A stretch of DNA of 64,000 nt from Podarcis erhardii. Taxonomy: Eukaryota. Shown here piece after piece: positions 37,128 to 44,383 of the stretch; positions within the stretch are counted from its first letter, which is position 1, and every line of letters begins with the position of its first letter. Location: NCBI GenBank assembly GCA_964252035.1, contig OZ176202.1. One strand, given 5' to 3'. The notes under the pieces were generated by a model. The model searched no databases, was not told the origin of the DNA, and saw only the letters and a program-made list of their open reading frames with translations. Both the position numbers and the translations under genes were made by a program.

Positions 37128-40100
37128 TCCACCTCCCCCCCAGGGCCCCCTTCACCCCCTCCCGCCTCCTCTCCCACTGGCGGTGAGGGCGGAAAGCCCC
37201 TGAAGGAACTCTCCTCGTCGTCCGAGGATTCTAACACTTCCGGCCACGGCGTACCGTCTCTCTCCCCGTCTTCCTCTTCTTCGTCGGAGTCGGCTTCTTC
37301 ACCCACCCCTGACTCTGGGAACCCTTCAAACTCTCCTTCCTCATCGGTGGTCCCAAAGTGTTCCCTTCTAAATCGAGCCACGGGTTGCGGTTTTCTTGGG
37401 AAACGCTGATGAAATGTTTCTATTAAAATCTCGTCATTGACTACCTCTGCTGGTACCCAAGTGTTTTCCGACTCTGCTTCCCCCTCCCATTCTACCAGAT
37501 ATTCCACCTGATTTCCCTTCCACCTGGAATCAATGATTCCTGCCACGTTCATGTCGCGCTCTCTCTCTTCTATCACGGGCGTTTGGGTGGCCTCTCTCTC
37601 ACGCTCCCCCCACTCGCGTCCCTCTCGGTACGGCGACAGTAATGACCTGTGAAATACTGGGTGTAATTTCATGTGACTGGGCAGCCTGAGTTTGAATGCC
37701 ACTGGGTTGACCTGCTGTATGACCTCAAAGGGTCCCAATCTTTTGGGCCTCAATTTCTTACTCCCGCCCTTGAACGGTAGCCCTTGGGTGGACAACCACA
37801 CCCGGTCCCCCACCCTTATAGTTTCACCTTCCCTCCTATTTCTGTCTGCTTGCTTCTTATATTCTTCCTTGGCTTTCTCTAAGTTAAGTTGAAGCTGACG
37901 GTGGATCGCCTCCATCTCTTCAAAAAAATATTCCGCCGCCGGCACGCTCCACCTCTCCCCTCCCTCTCCTGGGAATGCCCGGGGGTGACACCCATAATTT
38001 GCCAGGAAGGGACTCATCCCTGTGGACACGTTCTCCGCGTTGTTGTAGGCAAATTCTGCTAGAGGTAACTTATCCACCCAATCATTTTCTCTGTCCTTTA
38101 CATAACACCTCAAGTATTGTTGTAAAACCCCATTTGCCCTTTCCGCTTGCCCATTGGTTTCTGGGTGCCGGGCAGTTGAGAAATTGAGTTCTACGTGCAG
38201 TAAGCTCATAAGTTTCCTCCAGAACCTGGAAGTAAATTGTTTCCCTCTGTCGCTGACCACCCTCAAGGGGGCGCCATGCAACTTGAAAATATGTTCTACA
38301 AACAACTTGGCGGTTTCCTCCGCTGTGACTGCATGTGAACAAGCTATAAAATGACACATCTTGGTTAATTGATCTACCACCACCATGACAGCTGTTTTGC
38401 CTTTGGATTTTGGCAGGTCCGTCATAAAATCTATGGATACTGCCTCCCATGGCCTTTCAGGCGTGGGTAAGGGTTGTAATAGCCCCGCTGGCGCCACCCT
38501 CTCTCCTTTCGCTCGCTGGCACCTGTCGCAACCCCTGACATATTCCCGTACGTCCTCCCTCACCTTGGGCCACCAAAACTCCCTGGTAACCAACCACATG
38601 GTTTTGTGCTGTCCAAAATGTCCCGCTGTGGGGCTGTCATGCAACTGCTTGAGTACTCTGCCCCTCAGTTCCCCGTCGGGTATGTACAGTGCCCCTTTGT
38701 AATACAACGCCCCGTTCTTTTCTTCGAACCCCCCTGTGTTCTCCTCTGTCCTCCGGAGCTCTCTGAGTTTCTCTTGGGCGTATTCATCGTTCTCCGTACC
38801 CTCTATCAGTTCCCTCTGCCCCACCAATGCCGCCCCACACACCCAGCGGTCTTCAGGGATTACATGCCTTGCCTCAGGCGCTCCCTCCCCCTCTAAGTAC
38901 TCAGGTTTCCTGGAAAGAGCGTCCGCCCTCACGTTCTCGGAGCCGGGCACGTAACGAATCTCAAAGTGGAATTTGGAGAACTCCTGGGCCCATCTCACTT
39001 GTCTCTGGTTCAGCACTCGGGCTGTTCTCCAGTATTCCAGATTTTTGTGGTCAGTTCGGACTTGAACCTTGTGCTGCGCCCCAATCAGCAAGTGCCGCCA
39101 TTTCCGGAATGCTTCATGAATGGCGAGCAGTTCTCGGTCGTACACTGTGTAGTTCCTCTCTGATTTGTTCAACTTCCGCGAGAAGAATGCACACGGTCTC
39201 CATTCAGACGTATCTTTTCCCGGCTGGAGAAGAACGGCCCCCACCGCTCGGTCTGACGCGTCAGTCTCCACTCTCATTGGTTGTTGTAGATCCACGTGCA
39301 AGAGTTGCTCTTCCGACGCAAACGCCTGCTTTAAGCGTTCGAACGCTTGTTGCGCTTCTCCCGTCCAAACAAATTTCTTTTTGCTACTAAGACAATCCGT
39401 GATGGGCGCTGTTAAATGGGCAAAGTTTTTGATGAACTTCCTATAGAAGTTTCCGAAGCCCAGGAACCTTTGCACGTCCTTCTTGGTCTTTGGTGTTTTC
39501 CATTCCAGTACCGCTTGAACCTTGCTGGGATCCATGGCCAATCCCTTGTCAGACAACCGGTACCCCAGGAATTCCACCTCCTTGGTATGAAACTGACACT
39601 TCTCCAGTTTCACCCACAGCCGGTTTTCTCGCAGCTTGCTCAGTACCTCTCTTACATCTCGCACATGCTGCTCCTCATTGTCTGAGTACACCAGAACGTC
39701 ATCTAAGAACGCTACGCAGTTCTTGTAGAGCAGTGGCCCCAGGACGTGATTCATGAATGATTGAAAACAGGCGGAGCCCCCTTGTAATCCGAAAGGCATA
39801 ACGGTGTACTCAAAGGCCCCCAAGGGGGTGAACATAGTGGTCTTCCACTCATCCCCCTTTCTCACACGTATCAAGTTATATGCCCCCCTAAGGTCCAGCT
39901 TGGTAAAAATTTTCCCTTTTCTCACCCGTGTTAGAATGTCATCAATTCTGGGCATAGGGAAAGTCACTGGTTCTGACACTGCATTTAGGGCCCTGAAATC
40001 ACATACAAGCCTGGGCTTGCCTGTGTTTTTTTTGTCCACAAAGAACACTGGGCTGCCCCCCACCGCTCGTGACTCTCTGATGAAACCTCGCTTGAGATTC

Positions 40101-40819
40101 TTGTCAATGAACTCCCTTAACTCCTGCATCTCACTGTCTGACATTGCATACAGCTTGCCCACTGGCAATTGTGCTCCTGGGAGTAAGGTAATTTGACAAT
40201 CAAAGGGTCTGTGCGGGGGCAGTTTATCTGCTTCTTTTTCGCTGAATACGTCAAGCAAGTCAGCGTATTGTGGTGGCACCCTCCCTTTGTCCATCACTTC
40301 CATCCCTGCTAGAGTGCCCCTGGCGCCTGCCTGAGCCTCTCCCTCCTTGCAGTGTTCTAGGCAATGTGCTGATCCAAAGGAAACCACTCTCTGATGCCAG
40401 CCTACTAGCGGATCGTGTAGCGCCAGCCAGCTCATACCCAAGATAATAGGAGCTCCTCCCAAGGTGGCTACGTTAAACGCTATCAGTTCGGTGTGTCGTG
40501 CCACCCTCATTATCATTGGTACAGTCTGTTGGCTCACTTCTCCTCCCAACAGCTCCCTCCCATCAATCGTGGTAACCTGCAAAGGCTTACTCAATGGGAT
40601 AGTCTGTATTTGGTGTGCAGCTGCAAACTCTTTGCTCATGAAATTACATGAGCTACCTGAATCCAATAGCGCCTTTATCTTCAGTGGGTGTCCGTTTGCC
40701 AGTTCCAGCAACACCTCTATCACAAGCGCTGGTCTTGGAGGTTCCGGCGTGGGCACATTCATTACTCCCTGGCCTGGCTGCTGTGCCCTGATGTTGGCAA
40801 CCAGGCGTTGGCTTTTACT
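36836..40819 (-). CDS. Pol: aspartic protease, RT, RNase H, integrase, chromodomain, acidic tail and LTR-encoded basic tail (in the -1 frame relative to gag)
   Basis: LLDSG (40655-40663); RT FLDD (39698-39709); RNase H DAS/ELLA/TDH; integrase H-x6-H...CDRC, DFMTDL/DRG/ERAN and GPF; chromodomain 37398-37552; no stop up to 36836. Start uncertain (frameshift near 40813-40819, or AUG at 40762). Confidence 0.96.
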   Translation of the reverse strand, partial: SKSQRLVANIRAQQPGQGVMNVPTPEPPRPALVIEVLLELANGHPLKIKALLDSGSSCNFMSKEFAAAHQIQTIPLSKPLQVTTIDGRELLGGEVSQQTVPMIMRVARHTELIAFNVATLGGAPIILGMSWLALHDPLVGWHQRVVSFGSAHCLEHCKEGEAQAGARGTLAGMEVMDKGRVPPQYADLLDVFSEKEADKLPPHRPFDCQITLLPGAQLPVGKLYAMSDSEMQELREFIDKNLKRGFIRESRAVGGSPVFFVDKKNTGKPRLVCDFRALNAVSEPVTFPMPRIDDILTRVRKGKIFTKLDLRGAYNLIRVRKGDEWKTTMFTPLGAFEYTVMPFGLQGGSACFQSFMNHVLGPLLYKNCVAFLDDVLVYSDNEEQHVRDVREVLSKLRENRLWVKLEKCQFHTKEVEFLGYRLSDKGLAMDPSKVQAVLEWKTPKTKKDVQRFLGFGNFYRKFIKNFAHLTAPITDCLSSKKKFVWTGEAQQAFERLKQAFASEEQLLHVDLQQPMRVETDASDRAVGAVLLQPGKDTSEWRPCAFFSRKLNKSERNYTVYDRELLAIHEAFRKWRHLLIGAQHKVQVRTDHKNLEYWRTARVLNQRQVRWAQEFSKFHFEIRYVPGSENVRADALSRKPEYLEGEGAPEARHVIPEDRWVCGAALVGQRELIEGTENDEYAQEKLRELRRTEENTGGFEEKNGALYYKGALYIPDGELRGRVLKQLHDSPTAGHFGQHKTMWLVTREFWWPKVREDVREYVRGCDRCQRAKGERVAPAGLLQPLPTPERPWEAVSIDFMTDLPKSKGKTAVMVVVDQLTKMCHFIACSHAVTAEETAKLFVEHIFKLHGAPLRVVSDRGKQFTSRFWRKLMSLLHVELNFSTARHPETNGQAERANGVLQQYLRCYVKDRENDWVDKLPLAEFAYNNAENVSTGMSPFLANYGCHPRAFPGEGGERWSVPAAEYFFEEMEAIHRQLQLNLEKAKEEYKKQADRNRREGETIRVGDRVWLSTQGLPFKGGSKKLRPKRLGPFEVIQQVNPVAFKLRLPSHMKLHPVFHRSLLSPYREGREWGEREREATQTPVIEERERDMNVAGIIDSRWKGNQVEYLVEWEGEAESENTWVPAEVVNDEILIETFHQRFPRKPQPVARFRREHFGTTDEEGEFEGFPESGVGEEADSDEEEEDGERDGTPWPEVLESSDDEESSFRGFPPSPPVGEEAGGGEGGPGGEVDVRELPSERQVVDRLQENRRESAVEEGTSRGSAGVTAEGRLWDASSESSGEVTGPPLGTPTLRRKLSRRESRKRMSVKELLCWRKFRRRPLSDTTSD
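37128..37141 (-). promoter_or_regulatory. Polypurine tract GGGGGGGAGGTGGA
   Basis: Purine-rich run abutting the 3' LTR TG; translated as part of pol (GGEVD). Confidence 0.85.
40751..40819 (-). promoter_or_regulatory. Gag-pol recoding signal: H-type pseudoknot with upstream A-GUA-AAA and embedded UAAUG
   Basis: Stem 1 40806-40797 with 40781-40772 (10 bp, one GU); stem 2 40788-40782 with 40757-40751 (7 bp); 6-nt spacer after the heptamer 40819-40813. Confidence 0.75.
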
Positions 40820-41778
40820 GGCTCCGTGATTTCTTCTTCCTCCTTCCCCCCAACAGTTCCCGCCATCCCTTGCCATTCCTTCCTTTGCGGACAGACTCTG
40901 GCAAAGTGACCTGGCTGTTGGCAGAGATAGCATCTCTTGCCGCTCTTTCCCTCCTTCTTCCGCCCTTCACTGGTGTTTGAAACTGCGCGCGCGCGCGCTG
41001 TTCCAAGTTCCATCGGCTCTGCTGGCGGGAAAGGCTGCTCCGGAATCTCTGGAATGCGGAAGTCCTTCCAACGTTCCCCCTTTCCTTCCCGCTTTTCCAT
41101 AGCTCTAGCTTCCTGGCGTGCGCCAATGGACAGCGCTGATTTAGTCAGCTGATCCATAGACTCCGCCCTAGGCGCCCGGGAAAGTTCATCTTTCACTGCC
41201 GGAGAGAGACCTTCTTCAAACAGCATTTGAATAGGTTCACTAGCAAGGTCCCACCCAAGTCTATGAATCAGCATGGTGAACTCAGTCCAGTACTCACGTA
41301 CAGATCGGCTCCCCTGTTTACACGCCATTAACTGCCTGCGCACCACTCCCTGCTCGATCTCGCTGGAAAACATCAAGTCCATGGCGCGGAAAAACTTCAT
41401 TGTGTCCTTTAAGATTTCATTATTGGCTGCCATCAGGGGCCGAACCCAGTCCCTCGCCCCTCCCTCTAGATGGCCAATCACGTACGCCACTCTAGAGTTC
41501 TCGTCGGGGAAGTCATCAAACAGTAGATTGAGAGCATATTGCATCTCTGTCCTAAAGGCTTGATAGTTCCGGGGATCCCCCCCAAATTTCTGCACCAGTC
41601 CAGGCACCCGTCTGGCAAGTGGGGTGGTTTTCCCCTTATCTGCATCTTGAGCCCTCCTCTCCTCGAGCCTCGCCGTTTGCAGTGCCAGCTGGACCTCCAA
41701 CGCCCTGTACCTTTGTTCCAGGCTTGGATCTGCGCCAGCTCCCGCTCCTGCTCCTCCGGTTCCGGATGGTTCGCTCAT
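40762..41778 (-). CDS. Gag (338 aa; PEG10/sushi-like capsid region, CCHC zinc knuckle)
   Basis: ATG at 41778 (gcatcATG); coiled-coil N-terminus, FGGDPRNYQAFR capsid-like segment, CYLCQQPGHFARVC knuckle; TAA at 40764-40762. Confidence 0.95.
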   Translation of the reverse strand: MSEPSGTGGAGAGAGADPSLEQRYRALEVQLALQTARLEERRAQDADKGKTTPLARRVPGLVQKFGGDPRNYQAFRTEMQYALNLLFDDFPDENSRVAYVIGHLEGGARDWVRPLMAANNEILKDTMKFFRAMDLMFSSEIEQGVVRRQLMACKQGSRSVREYWTEFTMLIHRLGWDLASEPIQMLFEEGLSPAVKDELSRAPRAESMDQLTKSALSIGARQEARAMEKREGKGERWKDFRIPEIPEQPFPPAEPMELGTARARAVSNTSEGRKKEGKSGKRCYLCQQPGHFARVCPQRKEWQGMAGTVGGKEEEEITEPVKANAWLPTSGHSSQARE

Positions 41779-41811
41779 GATGCCTTCTGCTTGCACAAGC
41801 TGCTTTCAAAG

Positions 41812-41821
41812 ACTGTCAGAT
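41812..41821 (-). promoter_or_regulatory. Self-priming type primer-binding site (ATCTGACAGT)
   Basis: No TGG/tRNA-type PBS after the 5' LTR; perfect 10-nt complement ACTGTCAGAT lies in the 5' LTR at 41953-41944. Confidence 0.75.
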
Positions 41822-41824
41822 TGC

Positions 41825-42220
41825 TGTGATGGGATAGTGAGCTGCTTGTGCGTAAAAGCTTGATCCCTCTGGGGTTTGGCTGGTCATCCAAACCGATGCA
41901 CTAACGGAGCCCCCAAAGCATGACTCCGTCAGTCGCTGGTAGTATCTGACAGTGGGCGTCTACGGAATTTACGCCAACATAAAAGCTCTTTGACAGACAT
42001 GCGCTTTCGAGACTCTCTGCGTGACAGTTTCCGGCGAAGGGTGGGCGTTCCCAACGGGGGTCCCGTTACCTCTCCACTACTCTCACTGGAAGCATCCCAG
42101 AGCCTCCCCTCCGCTGTGACTCCTGCACTCCCCCTGCTGGTTCCCTCTTCTACTGCAGATTCTCTCCTATTCTCCTGTAGCCTGTCCACCACCTGTCTCT
42201 CCGATGGCAGTTCCCTGACA
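41825..42220 (-). repeat. 5' LTR (396 bp)
   Basis: TGTCAGGG...CCCATCACA on the - strand; no difference from 36732-37127 by eye. Confidence 0.97.
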
Positions 42221-42575
42221 CCTTGATTTGGACATAAGCTTGTTACAAAACTGGTTTTTGAATACATGTGCTTGGGATCACAGCGTATCTTTACTAACTA
42301 TCTTGGCTTCTAGCAATGTACTGATGCATCAGCTTACTAAAATAAACATACGATTATCTCAGTAAAGTTTTTCAATGGGAGATTTTATTTAATGAAGGAA
42401 AGCGGGTTCTCCTTCGTTAATGAACCCACAGAATCGGAGGGGAGAGTCAGGTCAAAAAGTCATATTAAAGTTGTTCAAAAATTCACATTGAAACACACAA
42501 ACCAACAATGACATCAGTTCTAAATACACTTTCCCAGGAACATATCTGACCCAAAGAATCATGATAACCCTACAG

Positions 42576-42747
42576 CAGGTCTAGCTAACCTGTGACCCTC
42601 CAGGTGTTGTTGGACTACAACACCCAGCAGCCTCAGCCAGCATGGTCACTCCAGATGCCAGCATCCGTGTCCACTGGCCATGCTGGGTGGGGCTGATGGG
42701 AATTGTAGTCCAACAACATCTGGAGGGTCACAGGTCGGTCAGCCCTG
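42576..42747. mobile_element. Palindromic hAT-type MITE ~200 bp upstream of the FOXO3 acceptor
   Basis: ACCTGTGACCCTCCAG...GGACTACAA / TTGTAGTCC...CTGGAGGGTCACAGGT arms. Confidence 0.82.
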
Positions 42748-42943
42748 CTCTTTAGGAATGGACCACATTAATTCAGTGTTCCTAAGCATCAGTAAATGCT
42801 GATAGTAGATGTAGTAGTAGAATTAGTAATTTTTCTTATTATTTTCCATGTTATTTTTAGATTGTTGAGATGGACAAAGGAAATTTGCCCCTATTCTAAA
42901 TTTCCTTGTTTTTTGTTTGTTTTGTTTTTTGTGGCTCTTGCAG

Positions 42944-44347
42944 AACTCGATCAGGCACAACTTGTCTCTTCATAGTCGATTCATCAGGGTACAGAATGAA
43001 GGAACTGGGAAAAGTTCGTGGTGGATGATCAACCCTGACGGTGGGAAAGGTGGGAAAGCGCCACGGAGACGTGCTGTTTCGATGGATAACAGCAACAAGT
43101 ACACCAAGAGCCGAGGACGAGCAGCTAAGAAGAAGGCAGCACTACAAGCTGCACAGGAAACAAGCGAAGACAGCCCCTCCCAGCTCTCCAAGTGGCCAGG
43201 TAGCCCAACTTCACGCAGCAGCGATGAGCTAGACGCCTGGACAGATTTCCGGTCTCGTACAAATTCAAATGCCAGTACAATAAGTGGCCGCTTGTCACCA
43301 ATACTGGCCAGCACTGAGCTAGATGAGGTTCAGGATGATGATGCTCCACTTTCCCCTATGCTGTATAGTAGTCCACCCAGCATGTCTCCCTCAGTAAATA
43401 AACCTGGCAATGTTGAGCTGCCAAGGTTGACTGATATGGCGGGCACCATGAACTTGAACGATGGTCTGACAGACAATCTTATGGATGATCTTTTGGACAA
43501 TATAACCCTCCCCTCTTCCCAGCAGTCGCCCACAGGGGGACTCATGCAAAGAAGCTCAAGTTTTCCATACGGCTCCAAAGGTTCAGGTCTTGGTTCACCA
43601 TCGAGTAGTTTCAACAACGCTGTGTTTGGACCATCATCACTGAATTCCCTCCGTCAGTCTCCCATGCAAACCATCCAAGAGAACAAGCAAGCTACATTTT
43701 CTTCCATTTCGCATTACAATAACCAAACACTGCAGGATCTGCTGGCTTCGGATTCGCATAGCCACAGCGATGTCATGATGACCCAGTCTGATCCACTCAT
43801 GTCACAAGCTAGCACAGCTGTGTCTGCCCATAACGTACGCAGGAATATTATGCTCCGGAATGATCCCATGATGTCGTTTGCTGCCCAGCCAAGTCAGGGG
43901 AGTTTGGTCAACCAGAATCTGCTCCACCACCAGCACCAGTCCCAGAATTCCTCTCTCGGTGGCAGTCGTGCCTTGTCGAATTCCGTCGGTACTATGGGCT
44001 TAAGTGACACAAGCAACGTTGGGTCGACAAAACACCAGCAACAGTCACCTGCCAACCAGTCTATGCAATCGCTTTCTGACTCACTCTCAGGCTCTTCTTT
44101 GTACTCCAGCAGTGTGAGCCTTCCAGTCATGGGGCATGATAAATTCCCCAGTGATTTGGACCTGGATATTTTCAACGGGAGCTTGGAATGTGATATGGAG
44201 TCCATTATCCGCAGCGAACTCATGGATGCAGATGGGTTGGATTTTAACTTTGATTCCCTCATCTCAGCCCAGAATGTTGTCACTCTGAATGTGGGAAACT
44301 TCACTGGTGCTAAGCAAGCTTCGTCACAGAGTTGGGTTCCAGGCTAA
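42944..44347 (+). CDS. FOXO3: Forkhead box O3, last coding exon (C-terminal part of forkhead domain through the transactivation domain)
   Basis: Polypyrimidine tract + CAG acceptor at 42941-42943, phase 0, then NSIRHNLSLHSRF...; Akt motifs RRRAVSMD and RSRTNSNA, QRSSSF, C-terminal DLDLDIFNGSLECDMESIIRSELMD and SQSWVPG end match FOXO3 rather than FOXO1/4/6. The first 9 residues of the ORF-track protein (42917-42943) are intronic. Confidence 0.98.
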   Translation, partial: NSIRHNLSLHSRFIRVQNEGTGKSSWWMINPDGGKGGKAPRRRAVSMDNSNKYTKSRGRAAKKKAALQAAQETSEDSPSQLSKWPGSPTSRSSDELDAWTDFRSRTNSNASTISGRLSPILASTELDEVQDDDAPLSPMLYSSPPSMSPSVNKPGNVELPRLTDMAGTMNLNDGLTDNLMDDLLDNITLPSSQQSPTGGLMQRSSSFPYGSKGSGLGSPSSSFNNAVFGPSSLNSLRQSPMQTIQENKQATFSSISHYNNQTLQDLLASDSHSHSDVMMTQSDPLMSQASTAVSAHNVRRNIMLRNDPMMSFAAQPSQGSLVNQNLLHHQHQSQNSSLGGSRALSNSVGTMGLSDTSNVGSTKHQQQSPANQSMQSLSDSLSGSSLYSSSVSLPVMGHDKFPSDLDLDIFNGSLECDMESIIRSELMDADGLDFNFDSLISAQNVVTLNVGNFTGAKQASSQSWVPG

Positions 44348-44383
44348 AGGATTTATGCAAAGAGGGGGAAATGGGCAAAGCAG
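44348..44383 (+). other. FOXO3: 3'UTR part of the FOXO3 coding exon, ending at splice donor GCAG|GTTAGC (GT at 44384)
   Basis: 36 nt between TAA and the donor; sequence ...GGGCAAAGCAG|GT matches the recalled mammalian FOXO3 exon end. The stop is under 50 nt from the junction, so NMD is not expected. Confidence 0.88.

Larger units (their letters stand above)
36732..42220 (-). mobile_element. Full-length Ty3/Gypsy chromovirus LTR retrotransposon (Tf1/sushi type), 5489 bp
   Basis: Two 396-bp LTRs (TG...CA), 5-bp TSD CCTTG at 36727-36731 and 42221-42225, uninterrupted gag and pol ORFs, PPT, PR-RT-RH-IN-chromodomain order. Confidence 0.98.
1..42943 (+). other. FOXO3: Distal part of FOXO3 intron 1 (between the two coding exons)
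   Basis: No upstream FOXO3 exon (N-terminal Akt site or forkhead helices 1-2) is found in the window; sequence is repeat-rich and non-coding. Confidence 0.85.

Noticed and set aside
40820-40933. First ~38 residues of the 1365-aa Pol ORF
   Set aside because: Alternative-frame overlap with gag upstream of the recoding signal; begins at a non-ATG codon.
36897-41829. Many + strand ORFs (60-187 aa) over the retrotransposon
   Set aside because: Antisense shadows of GC-rich gag/pol codons; no recognisable domains.
41929-42267. 112-aa ORF over the 5' LTR
   Set aside because: Duplicate of the pol tail caused by LTR identity; mostly upstream of the predicted TSS and without a suitable ATG.
42917-42943. 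MFCFLWLLQ N-terminus of the 476-aa ORF
   Set aside because: Starts at a non-ATG codon within the polypyrimidine tract; it is intron sequence before the AG acceptor.
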